Shown: positions 1 to 10,373, numbered from the stretch's first letter. The stretch is 39,480 nucleotides of DNA from Halobacterium sp. (GCA_964229715.1 CAXREU010000017.1:1-39480), one strand, 5' to 3'. Translations and numbers: made by a program. The notes: a model not told the origin generated them from the sequence alone.

Positions 1-652
1 GGTCGTTGAGGACGCCGGCGACGACGGCGTTCGGCGGCGTGCCGATGAGTGTGCCGACGCCGCCGACGCTGGCGCCGTACGCGGTGCCGAGGAGGGTTGC
101 AATCTGGATGTTCGTCGTGGGGTCGCCGTCACCGGCTTCCGTGAGGTCGTCGCGGCCGACGACCTGCGCAAGCACACCCACCGCGATGGGCGTCATCATC
201 GCGGCGGTGGCGGTGTTCGACACCCACATCGAGAGTACTGCGGTCGCAATCATCACCGCGAGGATGAGTTTGCGCGGGCTGGAGCCCATGCGCGCCATGA
301 TGTACAGCGCGATGCGGCGGTCGATGTCGTACTTCTGGAGCGCGTTCGCGAGCATGAACCCCGCGATGAACAGGAAGATGAGGTGGTCGGCGAACGGCGC
401 GAGCGCTGCGTCGAGCGTGTCGAAGACGCCGAGCCCGGTGAGCAGGACGGGAATCGAGAGCGCAGTGACCGCCAGCGGGAGCGCGCCGGTCACCCAGAGG
501 ATGCCGGCGAACGCCATCGTGGCGATAGCGTACTTTCCTTCGAGGCCGAGGGCTTCGGGAGTCGGTGCGAGTGCGATGGCGGCGGTGACGGTGAGCGCGA
601 GGGCGAACACTGCGAGCCGTCCGCGAGTCGAGCGTACGTCCACCTGTATCAT
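1..652 (-). CDS. SLC13/DASS family Na+:dicarboxylate/sulfate symporter (5' part; runs off window start)
   Basis: Minus-strand translation from ATG at 652: MIQVDVRSTRGRLAVFALALTV...ILWVTGALPLAVTAL...MWVSNTATAAMMTPIA...GASVGGVGTLIGTPPN. Contains the SNT and GTPPN motifs of DASS transporters. Confidence 0.85.
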   Translation of the reverse strand, partial: MIQVDVRSTRGRLAVFALALTVTAAIALAPTPEALGLEGKYAIATMAFAGILWVTGALPLAVTALSIPVLLTGLGVFDTLDAALAPFADHLIFLFIAGFMLANALQKYDIDRRIALYIMARMGSSPRKLILAVMIATAVLSMWVSNTATAAMMTPIAVGVLAQVVGRDDLTEAGDGDPTTNIQIATLLGTAYGASVGGVGTLIGTPPNAVVAGVLND

Positions 653-716
653 TGATACACGACCTGTGTCGACTACTATCTTTAATGATTAACGGAATTA
701 CTCTCGGCCGACCGGC

Positions 717-962
717 TCAGAAGTGCTCGACGATGGCGGTTACTTGCTCGTCGGCGAGTTCGGACGTGTAGAGGGTGAACAAGTCGCGGCGCCGGTTTCC
801 GGAGAGACCACGGTTTCCACCTTCAAGCATCGAGACGTGGGCCTGTCGGAGGTCCGGAATCTCCCGTTCGACCTCGCGCTGGCTGAAGCCGGCGGCGACG
901 CGGAGGAGTCGCCACGCCGTCGGCGAGACGTCAGCGAGGTCGTGCGTGTCCACGCCAGCCAT
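717..962 (-). CDS. Small XRE-like helix-turn-helix protein
   Basis: WRLLRVAAGFSQREVE...QAHVSMLEGGNR matches the XRE/Cro HTH pattern; start trimmed to ATG at 962. Confidence 0.65.
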   Translation of the reverse strand: MAGVDTHDLADVSPTAWRLLRVAAGFSQREVEREIPDLRQAHVSMLEGGNRGLSGNRRRDLFTLYTSELADEQVTAIVEHF

Positions 963-1138
963 GTGAGCGTGTCGCCGACCGCCCTGCATAAAGGTTCGCG
1001 GGACGGCCCGCGGCGCCGGTTCGAGTCATCGATTTCGACATGTCACCTGGATACATGGCGACGGAGTCTCGGCAATCGGCACGCCAATCCCCTACGCTTA
1101 TGGTTTCCGAGTCGAAAGACGTAACGAGAGTAGGACAT

Positions 1139-1417
1139 ATGTATGACCTGACAGGGTTCCAGCGCGACCTCCTCTACGTCGTCGCGGGACTAGACGAGCC
1201 ACACGGCCTCGCTATCAAGGAAGAGCTCGAGGAGTACTACGAGTCGGAAATCCATCACGGCCGCCTCTACCCCAACCTCGATACCCTCGTCGACAAGGGC
1301 CTCGTCGACAAGGGCCAACTCGACCAGCGCACTAACTACTACACGCTCACCCGCCGCGGCCGCCGCGAAATCGCCGCGCGCCGCGAGTGGGAACAGCAGT
1401 ACGTCGACCTCGACTAG
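1139..1417 (+). CDS. PadR-family winged-helix regulator (RosR-like paralog)
   Basis: MYDLTGFQRDLL...HGLAIKEELEEYY...HGRLYPNLDTLVDKGLV...RTNYYTLT, typical of haloarchaeal PadR proteins. Confidence 0.9.
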   Translation: MYDLTGFQRDLLYVVAGLDEPHGLAIKEELEEYYESEIHHGRLYPNLDTLVDKGLVDKGQLDQRTNYYTLTRRGRREIAARREWEQQYVDLD

Positions 1418-1419
1418 CT

Positions 1420-1668
1420 GTGGTCTCCTCGCGGACCGCCACCGCCGCCGTCGGCGTGCTCGCGAGCCTCGCCATCAGCGTCGCCGCGTGGGTCGTCTTC
1501 GACACCGCGGTCTTCTTCCTCGCCGTTCCGCTGATTCCACTGCTGTTCCGGAGACGCACCGAAGAACCCGAGTCCGCTGTCTACGAGTGCCCGAACTGTG
1601 GATTCCGGACCCGCGACCCCGAGTTCGCGTACTGTCCGCGCGACGGCACCCGCCTCGAAGAGCGCTGA
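1420..1668 (+). CDS. Small membrane protein with C-terminal zinc ribbon
   Basis: Two hydrophobic segments followed by CPNCG...YCPRDG; GTG start 2 nt after the PadR stop. Confidence 0.7.
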   Translation: MVSSRTATAAVGVLASLAISVAAWVVFDTAVFFLAVPLIPLLFRRRTEEPESAVYECPNCGFRTRDPEFAYCPRDGTRLEER

Positions 1669-2826
1669 CTACGACTCCCCGGCGTCCTCCGTCTCCGATT
1701 CGAACTCCGAGACGACGGTCTGCTCGCCGTCGTCGCTGGCGGTCAGGACGTCGCCGCCGAGCGCTTCCGGCGAAATCCGCTCGCCAGCGAGCAGCTCCGG
1801 GAGCACGAGCCTGGCGAAGTGCACGACGAACACGAGCACGAGCGGGCCGAGGAACAGCCCGTACCAACCCCACAGCAGCGGTCCGAAGACGTACGAGAGA
1901 ATCACCAGCCCGAGGTGGATGTCGCGTCCGGAGACGTACGGCCGTAAGAGCAAGTCCGGGATGAAGTCGACGACGACCGCCGCGACGGCGACGAAGATGG
2001 CCACGAACGCGTACCCCGTTCCGTTCTGGAACGCGACGAATCCGAGCCAGCCAGCCAGCGGTATCCACACGAGTTTGATGCCGACGACCGGAATGAGACT
2101 CGCGATACCCGTGACGAGTCCGAACAGCACGGGGTAGGGGATGGCGATGCCCGCGGGGGAGAACGCGTCGAGCGTCCCGTACGACACCGCTGCGATGACG
2201 CCGGTCGCGAACGCGAAGACGATGTTCCCGAAGAACACCGTCGAGAGGTCGTGGTCGACCGCCCGTGCGTACGCCTCCGTGACGCCGCTGCTGTCCGTGA
2301 ACCGACGCTGGAACCAGCCGCCGAGGCGGTGGTCGTCCCGAAGCAGGTAGAACGCGACGATGACGACCGCGAACAGGTGAACGAACAGTCCCCCGAAGAA
2401 GCCGACGTACTCCAGCGCGTCGCTCGCCGACGCCGCCAGCGCCTCCTGTACCGACGGCTGGTTCAGGAACGCCCCGGGGTCCTGAACGATAGAGGAGACG
2501 TCGATGTACGGGTCGAGGAGCGTCCCTATCTGTCCGAGGTCGGCATTCTGCGCGTCCACGAATCGCTCAAGCTCCTGCAGGCCAACCGCGGTGGTGTAGG
2601 CGACGACCAGCATCGCGGGGAGCGCGAGCGTCACGAGCGCCACCACCGCGCGAACCGTCGGCTGTCGTATCCACCGTTCGAGGCGGCGGTAGACCGGTCG
2701 CGTCGCGTAGTAGATGAAGACGCCGAGCACGAACGTTCCGAGGAACGAGTAGACGGTGAACGCGAGCACGCCGCTGAGCCCGGCAGCGACTACCCACCAC
2801 ACGAGTCGGCCGCGGTCGACGTTCAT
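1669..2826 (-). CDS. AI-2E family transporter
   Basis: Polytopic; AFYLLRDD, SLIPVVG, LRPYVSG and GLFLGPL motifs; start trimmed to MNVDRG. Confidence 0.85.
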   Translation of the reverse strand: MNVDRGRLVWWVVAAGLSGVLAFTVYSFLGTFVLGVFIYYATRPVYRRLERWIRQPTVRAVVALVTLALPAMLVVAYTTAVGLQELERFVDAQNADLGQIGTLLDPYIDVSSIVQDPGAFLNQPSVQEALAASASDALEYVGFFGGLFVHLFAVVIVAFYLLRDDHRLGGWFQRRFTDSSGVTEAYARAVDHDLSTVFFGNIVFAFATGVIAAVSYGTLDAFSPAGIAIPYPVLFGLVTGIASLIPVVGIKLVWIPLAGWLGFVAFQNGTGYAFVAIFVAVAAVVVDFIPDLLLRPYVSGRDIHLGLVILSYVFGPLLWGWYGLFLGPLVLVFVVHFARLVLPELLAGERISPEALGGDVLTASDDGEQTVVSEFESETEDAGES

Positions 2827-2931
2827 TACGTAGAACACCGACGCGGCCACGCAAAAAGATTCGCCGGTGGCCGCCGGACGCGACCCGTGCGAGCCCGCAG
2901 GTTTTTGGCCGCTCACGCTGAACGCCAGAGG

Positions 2932-4236
2932 GTGCCCGGTATCATCGAGTCGCTGGCGAACGCCCCAGTGGACAGCCGCGTCGTCCGCCTCGCGCTGTCG
3001 GTCGCGCTCGGGCTGTTCATCGGCCTCGAGCGCGAGTGGGCCCAGAAGGCCGCCGGCATCCGCACGTTCGCGCTCGTCAGCGTCCTCGCCACCATCTTCA
3101 CCGAGGTGGACACGGAACGCTGTGCGGACGCCGTGAGCGTCTGCCCGCCGTACCTCTCCAGCGTCGGTGCCGCGTTCGTCATCGTCGTCACGGGCGTGCT
3201 GATGGTCTCTGGGATGCGCGACGAGGACGAGGGACTCCACCTAACGACCGCCGTGAGCCTGATGGTGGCGTACGGTGTCGGCGTGCTCGTCGCCGTCGAC
3301 GCGGTGCTCCCGGCGACGGTCGTCGCCGTCACGAGCTCCGTCCTGCTGGTATTCAAGCGCGAACTCCACGGGTTCGCGTGGGGGCTCTCCCGGGAGGAAC
3401 TACGCTCGACGTTCGAGTTCGCGATTCTGGCGTTCGTCGTCTACCCGCTGTTGCCGACCGGTACCGTCGCGCTCGGGACGGGACGGTACGCGGTCGAGAT
3501 TGAGCCCCGCGTCGTCTGGCTGATGGTCGTATTCGTCGCCGGCATCGGCATCGTCAACTACGTCGTCGTGAAAACGTACGGCGGCCGCGGCATCGCCGTC
3601 ACCGGCTTCTTCGGCGGATTGGCGTCCTCGACGGCGGTCGTCGGGACGATGCTCGACCACGTCAGCCAGCGCACGGAGGCGGCGTCGTACGCGGTCGCCG
3701 GCGTTTTGCTGGCGAACGCCGCGATGGCGCTGCGGAACCTCCTCATCGTCGTCGTGTTCACGCTCTCGACCGGCGTCCTCGTGGCGGCGACGGTCCCGCT
3801 CGTCGTCATCGTGCTCGGCTGCATCGGTGTCGCGGCAGTCACCGCGGACTGGTCGACGCGCGTCGAGATGGAACTGGAGAGCCCGTTCTCGATGCGGAAC
3901 GCGCTCGCGTTCGGCGCGATGTTCCTCGTCGTCGTGGTCGCGGGCGGGCTCGCGCAGACCCAGTTCGGCTCCGCCGGCCTCTACGCAACCGCCATCCTCT
4001 CCGGACTCGTGTCGAGCGCGGGCGCGACGACGTCCGCCATCGTGCTCTACCGCACGGGCGCGATTTCGGGGACGGCCGCCACTATCGCCGTGCTGTTGGC
4101 GACTGCCTCCTCCATCGGCGTGAAGGTCGCGCTTACCGCCGCCAGCGACAACCGCTCGTTCGCGTACCGCGTCGCGGGGTACAGCGCGGTCCTGCTCGTT
4201 GCGGGCGGCGTCGCGACCGCAATCGTCGCGTTCTAA
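2932..4236 (+). CDS. MgtC/SapB family membrane protein with DUF4010
   Basis: GLFIGLERE...AGIRTF, HLTTA and GGLASSTA motifs; probable GTG start at 2932. Confidence 0.85.
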   Translation: MPGIIESLANAPVDSRVVRLALSVALGLFIGLEREWAQKAAGIRTFALVSVLATIFTEVDTERCADAVSVCPPYLSSVGAAFVIVVTGVLMVSGMRDEDEGLHLTTAVSLMVAYGVGVLVAVDAVLPATVVAVTSSVLLVFKRELHGFAWGLSREELRSTFEFAILAFVVYPLLPTGTVALGTGRYAVEIEPRVVWLMVVFVAGIGIVNYVVVKTYGGRGIAVTGFFGGLASSTAVVGTMLDHVSQRTEAASYAVAGVLLANAAMALRNLLIVVVFTLSTGVLVAATVPLVVIVLGCIGVAAVTADWSTRVEMELESPFSMRNALAFGAMFLVVVVAGGLAQTQFGSAGLYATAILSGLVSSAGATTSAIVLYRTGAISGTAATIAVLLATASSIGVKVALTAASDNRSFAYRVAGYSAVLLVAGGVATAIVAF

Positions 4237-4298
4237 GTGGGGAATTTTGCCCCAATCGTAACGAATCGCTTTTGTCGGCGGCACGGGCAATCAGTACC

Positions 4299-5675
4299 AT
4301 GGACAGGGAGACCGCGGAGCCGAGCGTCCGGAGCCTGCCCGGCGAGAAAGCCCAGCAGTGGGTCGACTACCACCACGAGCACGCCGCCCCGAGCACGTAC
4401 GTCTACGAGTTCGTCTGGGACATTACCGAGGACGCCGCCGGCCCGTTCTGTCGGGACGTCGACGGCAACGTCCTCATGGACTTCACGAGCCACGTTGCGG
4501 CGGCGCCGTTCGGCTACAACAACCCCAAAATCATGGACCGCTTGGAGGAGTTCGACGTCGTCGACCCCTCCAAGATTGCGGGCCAGGACTTCTACGCCAG
4601 CGGCGGCTGGCCGCCGGAGGACGCCGACATCCCGACCTCCACGCAGCTGCTCCACCGGCTCACAGACATCACGGAGGAGTACGGCCTCGACACGGTCTTC
4701 CTCTCGAACACGGGCGCGGAAGCCGTCGAGAACGCCATCAAAATCTGTTACGCGAACGGCGGCCACCGCGCGTTCACGTTCGACGGCGCGTTCCACGGGC
4801 GCACGCTGGGCGCGCTCTCGCTGAACCGCTCGAAGGCCGTCCACCGCACCGGCTACCCCGAAATCGGGGGCGTCGTCTCCGCGCCGTACTGCGCCTGTGA
4901 GGGCGACTGCGAGTGCGGCTGGAAGACCAACGGCCCCGGCGGGAACGTCGTCGCGGACAAACTCCACCCCAAGCGCGGCGTCATCGACCCCGATGAGGTG
5001 GCGTACCTCATCCTCGAACCCCAGCAGGGCGAGGGCGGCTACCGCGTCCCCAGCGACGAGTTCGCCGACGACATCGCGGACATCCAGCAGACCCACGACA
5101 TCCCCGTCATCGCCGACGAGATTCAGTCCGGGCTTGGCCGCACGGGCGAACTGTGGGGCGTCGACCACACCAGCATCGACCCCGACGTCATCACGTCCGC
5201 GAAGGGGCTGCGCGTCGGCGCGACCGTCGCCAACGAAGACCTCTTCCCCGACGAGACCGGGCGGCTCTCCTCGACGTGGGGCGCAGGCGACCTGCTCGCG
5301 GCCGCACAGGGCGTCGCCACCATCGACGCCATCACCAGCGACGGCGTGCTCGACAACGTCACCGAGCGCGGCCGCCAGGTCGAAGAGATTCTCGCCGACG
5401 ACGCGCCCGGCTTCGTCGCCGACGTGCGCGGGAACGGCCTCATGCTCGGCGTCGAATTCGACACCAAGGACCGCCGCGAAGCCGTCGTGAAGGCGTGCCT
5501 GGAGCGCGGGCTGCTGTTGCTCGGCTGCGGCTACAAAACGGTGCGCTTGCTCCCGCCGCTGGACGTGACGGAGCGAGAAATCGATGTCGCGATGGACGTC
5601 TTCCTCGACGCGCTCGACGACCCGAAAGTCACGCGTGCTGGGCCTTCGTCGGGCCACAGCGAGGACGTTCAGTAA
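4299..5675 (+). CDS. Class III PLP aminotransferase (4-aminobutyrate/acetylornithine type)
   Basis: DVDGN, SNTGAEAVENA, FHGRT, EPQQGEGG, IADEIQSGLGRTG and AK (PLP lysine) motifs. Confidence 0.9.
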   Translation: MDRETAEPSVRSLPGEKAQQWVDYHHEHAAPSTYVYEFVWDITEDAAGPFCRDVDGNVLMDFTSHVAAAPFGYNNPKIMDRLEEFDVVDPSKIAGQDFYASGGWPPEDADIPTSTQLLHRLTDITEEYGLDTVFLSNTGAEAVENAIKICYANGGHRAFTFDGAFHGRTLGALSLNRSKAVHRTGYPEIGGVVSAPYCACEGDCECGWKTNGPGGNVVADKLHPKRGVIDPDEVAYLILEPQQGEGGYRVPSDEFADDIADIQQTHDIPVIADEIQSGLGRTGELWGVDHTSIDPDVITSAKGLRVGATVANEDLFPDETGRLSSTWGAGDLLAAAQGVATIDAITSDGVLDNVTERGRQVEEILADDAPGFVADVRGNGLMLGVEFDTKDRREAVVKACLERGLLLLGCGYKTVRLLPPLDVTEREIDVAMDVFLDALDDPKVTRAGPSSGHSEDVQ

Positions 5676-6086
5676 CTACTCCTCGACGATGATTGCGCCG
5701 GTCATCCCCTGCGCCTGGTGGGGCGTACAGACGTACTCGTAGCGTCCCGGCACCTCGAAGGTGTACTCGAAGGAGAAGCCGCGTCCTTCGATGGTCTCGT
5801 GGCCCGACCAGTCGGCGTCGGCGGGCTGGCTCGAGACGGCGACGTTGTGCGTGCCCGACAGCCAGACGAACCGCACGGTCGTCCCGGGCGAAATCGTGAG
5901 CTCCTCGGGGTCGAAGACGTAGTTGCCGTCCGGCCCGACTTCGACGACTTCCGTGCCCTCCGGGGCGTCTAGTGCTTCGATGTCCTCGTCGCCACCACCG
6001 CCACCGCCGAGACAGCCGGCGAGCGCGGCCGTCGCGCCGATACCTGCGGTCCCGCGCAGTACGTCGCGTCGCGTTCGGTCTCGCAT
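5676..6086 (-). CDS. Halocyanin-type blue copper lipoprotein
   Basis: Tat motif TRRDVL, lipobox LAGC, type-1 Cu ligands HN...CTPH...M. Confidence 0.9.
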   Translation of the reverse strand: MRDRTRRDVLRGTAGIGATAALAGCLGGGGGGDEDIEALDAPEGTEVVEVGPDGNYVFDPEELTISPGTTVRFVWLSGTHNVAVSSQPADADWSGHETIEGRGFSFEYTFEVPGRYEYVCTPHQAQGMTGAIIVEE

Positions 6087-6144
6087 ATCTCGTAGTCGGC
6101 GCGTCCGGGATTTAACAGGACCGCATTCTGTCGGCAGTCCGGCT

Positions 6145-6462
6145 TCAGAACTGGTAGCGTCGGTCGTCGTCGTCGGGCTGCTGGACCGCGGCGCCGCCGG
6201 TCATCTCGTCGAACGTCATCCCGGAGAGGTACTCGTCGTACGTGACGTCGTACGTCGACCGCAGGTGGAAGTCCAGGCGCCCGGACTCCGTCGTCGACTG
6301 GAACAGCAGGTGAACCGCGCGCCGTAGCAGTTCGTCGGTGTCGGCGTCCAGCGCCGCGCTCAGCATCGCGAGCTCCTGGCGGCTCTCGCGGTCCAGGAAC
6401 GCGTAGTCGTCGAGGTCGTCGTACGCCAGTTCGACGTCGGTTTCGAGGTCGTCGAGGCTCAT
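6145..6462 (-). CDS. Hypothetical acidic protein
   Basis: 105-aa acidic ORF with haloarchaeal composition that fills the intergenic gap. Confidence 0.7.
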   Translation of the reverse strand: MSLDDLETDVELAYDDLDDYAFLDRESRQELAMLSAALDADTDELLRRAVHLLFQSTTESGRLDFHLRSTYDVTYDEYLSGMTFDEMTGGAAVQQPDDDDRRYQF

Positions 6463-6566
6463 ACGCGGGACGTGTGCTGGCGCGGTGATACGCCTTTTCG
6501 TTGTTCGCGACGCCTCGCCCGTGCCGAATCAGCACCCCTAAGCGCGCGACCGAACAACTATCAGCC

Positions 6567-7484
6567 ATGACTGAGGGGGACGGGGAGTACGCACTCCCCA
6601 GCGACACCGACGCCGTCCGGAACGCGCTTGTCGCGTGGTACGAGGACGACCACCGGGACTTCCCGTGGCGGCGCACTGACGACCCGTACGCAATTCTGGT
6701 CTCGGAGGTGATGAGCCAGCAGACCCAACTCTCCCGCGTCGAGGACGCCTACCACGCGTTCCTCGAGAAGTGGCCGACGACCGCCGACCTCGCGGCTGCG
6801 GACCGCGCGGACGTCGTCGGGTTCTGGTCGGCGAACAGCCTCGGGTACAACAACCGCGCGAAGTACCTCCACGAGGCCGCACAACAAGTCGAAAACGACT
6901 ACGACGGCGAGTTCCCACGGACGCCCGACGAGCTCGCCGAGCTGATGGGCGTCGGCCCCTACACCGCCAACGCGGTCGCGTCGTTCGCGTTCAACAACGG
7001 CGACGCGGTCGTGGACACGAACGTCAAGCGCGTGCTCTACCGCGCGTTCGACGTCCCGGACGACGATGCAGTTTTCGAGAAAGCGGCGAACGAGCTCATG
7101 CCCGACGGGGAGTCCGAGGTCTGGAACAACGCCATCATGGAATTGGGTGGCGTAGCCTGCGGGAAGTCCCCCAGTTGCGACGAGGCCGGGTGTCCGTGGC
7201 GGGAGTGGTGTGCGGCGTACGCCTCGGGCGACTTCTCCGCGCCGGACGTCCCCGAGCAGTCCACGTTCGAGGGGAGCCGCCGGCAGAAGCGCGGGCGTGC
7301 GGTCGGCGCGCTCCGCGAGCACGGCGAACTCGAACTCGACGAACTCGGCCCGCGGGTGCGCATCGACTACGGCGGCGACACCGGCCGCGAGTGGCTCCGA
7401 GACTTGCTCGACGACCTCGCCGACGACGGCCTCGTCGAACTCGAAGACTGCGGCGAGGAGACGGTCGCGCGCCTCGCGAAGTGA
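6567..7484 (+). CDS. mutY: A/G-specific adenine glycosylase
   Basis: RDFPWR, VSEVMSQQT, GVGPYTA, VDTNVKRV and a 4-Cys FeS loop (C-x6-C-x4-C-x5-C). Confidence 0.9.
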   Translation: MTEGDGEYALPSDTDAVRNALVAWYEDDHRDFPWRRTDDPYAILVSEVMSQQTQLSRVEDAYHAFLEKWPTTADLAAADRADVVGFWSANSLGYNNRAKYLHEAAQQVENDYDGEFPRTPDELAELMGVGPYTANAVASFAFNNGDAVVDTNVKRVLYRAFDVPDDDAVFEKAANELMPDGESEVWNNAIMELGGVACGKSPSCDEAGCPWREWCAAYASGDFSAPDVPEQSTFEGSRRQKRGRAVGALREHGELELDELGPRVRIDYGGDTGREWLRDLLDDLADDGLVELEDCGEETVARLAK

Positions 7485-7564
7485 ACGGTCGGGACAGCTC
7501 TCGCGTCACGACGGGCTGCCGAAGGGAGAACGCATAACCGGGCGCCGGGTGTACGCCACGACCC

Positions 7565-8572
7565 ATGGACGGGCTGCTCGTCCCACTACTGTTGGTCGTC
7601 GCCGGTACCGCTGTCATCTGGAAGGGCAGCAGCTTCTTCGAGCGCGCCGCCGAGCGCCTCAGCAAGTACTACGGGCTCCCGGTCGCCGTCCACGGCGCCA
7701 TCGTCGTCGCGGTCGGGTCGAGTTTCCCCGAAATCAGTTCCGTCGTCGTCAGCACAGTCGTCCACGGCGAGTTCTCGCTCGGCGTCGGCGCAATCGTCGG
7801 GAGCGCCATCTTCAATCTCCTCGTGATTCCGGCGCTATCGGCGTTCTCCAGCGAGGAGCTATCGACCACGCGGGACATCGTCCACAAGGACGCACAGTTC
7901 TACGTCATCTCGATTCTCGTGCTGTTCCTCGTGTTCGCACTCGGCGCGACTTACGTCCCCGGCGGCACGAACCGGGCGGCAATCCTCACGCCGTCGCTCG
8001 CGCTCGTGCCGCTGGCCACGTACGGCGTCTACGTCTTCCTCCATCAGCAGGACGCAAGCGCGCACGTCCCCGACCCGGCGCCGGACGTGCGTCCGCGTCG
8101 CGAGTGGGCGGTGCTCGCAGTCGCGCTGCTCGTCATCGGCGTCGGCGTTGAGGCCGTCGTGCGCGCCGCGCTCACGTTCGGCGCGACGTTTGACACGCCG
8201 ACGTTCCTCTGGGGCGTCACCGTCATCGCCGCCGCGACCAGCCTCCCGGACGCTATCGTCAGCGTCCGCGCCGCGAAGAACGACGAGAGCGTCACCAGCG
8301 TCACGAACGTTCTCGGCAGCAACACGTTCAACCTCCTCGTCGCCATCCCGCTCGGCGTCCTCCTCGCCGGCACCGCCACCATCGACTTCCGCGTCGCAGT
8401 GCCCACGATGGGATTCCTGGCGTTCGCGACGCTCGTGTTCGTTGTCACCACCCGCACGCACCTCGAACTCACTGACCGCGAAGCCGTCGGCTTCCTCGCG
8501 CTGTACGCGGTGTTCCTCGCGTGGATGACACTCGAGTCATTCGGCGTCATCGAGACCGTCCGCGGCATCTGA
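7565..8572 (+). CDS. Sodium:calcium antiporter (CaCA family)
   Basis: Alpha repeats GSSFPE...GSAIFN and ATSLPD...GSNTFN. Confidence 0.9.
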   Translation: MDGLLVPLLLVVAGTAVIWKGSSFFERAAERLSKYYGLPVAVHGAIVVAVGSSFPEISSVVVSTVVHGEFSLGVGAIVGSAIFNLLVIPALSAFSSEELSTTRDIVHKDAQFYVISILVLFLVFALGATYVPGGTNRAAILTPSLALVPLATYGVYVFLHQQDASAHVPDPAPDVRPRREWAVLAVALLVIGVGVEAVVRAALTFGATFDTPTFLWGVTVIAAATSLPDAIVSVRAAKNDESVTSVTNVLGSNTFNLLVAIPLGVLLAGTATIDFRVAVPTMGFLAFATLVFVVTTRTHLELTDREAVGFLALYAVFLAWMTLESFGVIETVRGI

Positions 8573-8590
8573 GCGCCGCGCTGTGGCCGA

Positions 8591-9019
8591 CTACTCCTCG
8601 TCTTCGCGCACCGTCAACACGGGCACGTCGGCGGTACGAACGACGCGCTCGGTGACGCTGCCGAGTAGCGCGCGGTCCAGCCCGCGCCGGCCGTGTGTGC
8701 CCATCACGACCACGTCAATGTCCTCGTCGTCGATGTACTGGAGGATGGTCTCGTAGGCACCGCCCTTCATCACGACGCCGACGGCCTCGATGTTCTGTTC
8801 GCTGGCCTTCTCGACGACCTCGTCGACGACGTGCTCGCCCTCCTCGGCGAGCGGGTCCACGACGTCGTCCTCGAAGGTGACGGTACTGTACTCGGTCGTA
8901 TCCGCGACGTAGAGGACGTGCAGCCGGGCGCCGTAGCGGTCCGCGAGTTCGATTGCGTGCGGGACCGCGGCGTCCGCGGCGCCGCTTCCGTCGGTCGGCA
9001 ACAGAATGTCGTCGTACAT
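8591..9019 (-). CDS. Universal stress protein
   Basis: MYDDILLPTDGS...VVMGTHGRRGLDRALLGSVTERVVR. Confidence 0.92.
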   Translation of the reverse strand: MYDDILLPTDGSGAADAAVPHAIELADRYGARLHVLYVADTTEYSTVTFEDDVVDPLAEEGEHVVDEVVEKASEQNIEAVGVVMKGGAYETILQYIDDEDIDVVVMGTHGRRGLDRALLGSVTERVVRTADVPVLTVREDEE

Positions 9020-9136
9020 ACACCGCGAGAGACGAGCCGGCCCCAAAATAGGTGCGGGTGGATTCCTGGCTACCGGTAACAGCCGGCCGCCGCAGATGAG
9101 CAAGCGTTTTGCCCCGCGACCACCCCCGTTGTGAGC

Positions 9137-9724
9137 ATGCACGCGATTACGAACTCCGGGTGGGTCGAGGTCATCACGGGGTCGATGTTCTCCGGGAAGA
9201 CGGAGGAGCTGTTGCGGCGGCTGCGGCGCGCGGAAATCGCGGGCCAGTCGGTCGCGGCGTTCACGCCGGCTATCGACGACCGGTACGGCGAGGCGACGCT
9301 CGGCTCGCACGCCGGTCGCACGTGGGAGGCGACGGTCGTCGACACCACCGCGGAGGGCGTCTCGAAGATTTCTAGCCATCTCAACGGCGAGGAAGTCGTC
9401 GCCATCGACGAGGCGAACTTCTTCCCCGGCGAACTCGTCGAAGTCTGTCAGAATCTCGCCAGCGACGGCCGCCGCGTCGTCGTCTCCGGCACCGACCAGA
9501 CGTTCCGCGGGGAGCCGTTCGACCCCATCCCACAGTTGATGGCGGTCGCCGAGTACGTCGAGAAGTTCCAGGCCATCTGCACGCAGTGCGGGGAGCCCGC
9601 GACCCGAAACCAGCGGCTCATCGAGGGCGAGCCGGCGCACTACGACGACCCCACGATTATGGTCGGCGCAGAGGAGTCCTACGAGGCACGGTGTCGGAAC
9701 TGCCACGTCGTCGAGCGGGACTGA
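9137..9724 (+). CDS. tdk: Thymidine kinase
   Basis: GSMFSGKTEEL P-loop, IDEANFF, Zn-site CTQC...CRNC, YEARC. Confidence 0.95.
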   Translation: MHAITNSGWVEVITGSMFSGKTEELLRRLRRAEIAGQSVAAFTPAIDDRYGEATLGSHAGRTWEATVVDTTAEGVSKISSHLNGEEVVAIDEANFFPGELVEVCQNLASDGRRVVVSGTDQTFRGEPFDPIPQLMAVAEYVEKFQAICTQCGEPATRNQRLIEGEPAHYDDPTIMVGAEESYEARCRNCHVVERD

Positions 9725-9725
9725 G

Positions 9726-10373
9726 ATGACTACGTGGGTCGAACCGGAGGGCGGCCGCGAACGCGGGCCGGTCGGGCTCGCGAAGGCGTTCACGCAGGTG
9801 CTCGTGAACCCGACGACGTTCTTCGAGGAAGCCGTCTCACCGGGCGACCAAGCCCCGGGACTGGTGTTCGCGATGGCGGTCGTGCTCGTCTCCCAGGGGA
9901 CGCGGCTCGTACTCGACCCCGGGCGTGCGCTGGAGTTCCCGGCGCCGTCGTGGCTCGCGGTTGCGCTCACGCTCGCACTCGCCGTCCTCTTGGTCGCGCC
10001 CGCCGCACTACACGCGCTGTCGGCGGTCGAAACGCTCGTGCTCGCCGCCGTCGTCCCCAACCGCGGCGGCGTCAGCGAGACCGTCCAAGTGCTGGCGTAC
10101 GCCAGCGCGCCCTGCGCGTTCGTCGGTGTCGGCGTCCCAGTGGTCACGTTCGTCTGTGGGCTGTGGGCGTTCGCGCTGCTCGTGCTTGGAACGCACATCG
10201 TTCACGACACGTCGTTCGTGCGCGCCACGATCGCCGCGCTTGCGCCTGGTGTGCTCGCGTACGGCTCCGGGTTCGGCTGGTTCGCCGCGACGACCGCGCT
10301 GTTCCCGTGGACTGCCGACTACATGCCGTGGGTCGGGCGCGCCGTCCGGGCCGCCGCAGTGCTCGGAGTTTAG
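9726..10373 (+). CDS. YIP1 family membrane protein
   Basis: VLVNPTTFF, hydrophobic helices, TVQVLAYASAP; starts 1 nt after the tdk stop. Confidence 0.75.
   Translation: MTTWVEPEGGRERGPVGLAKAFTQVLVNPTTFFEEAVSPGDQAPGLVFAMAVVLVSQGTRLVLDPGRALEFPAPSWLAVALTLALAVLLVAPAALHALSAVETLVLAAVVPNRGGVSETVQVLAYASAPCAFVGVGVPVVTFVCGLWAFALLVLGTHIVHDTSFVRATIAALAPGVLAYGSGFGWFAATTALFPWTADYMPWVGRAVRAAAVLGV

Noticed and set aside
8591-10198. 535-aa USP fusion ORF
   Set aside because: The extension is antisense to tdk and YIP1; only the last 142 aa form the USP.
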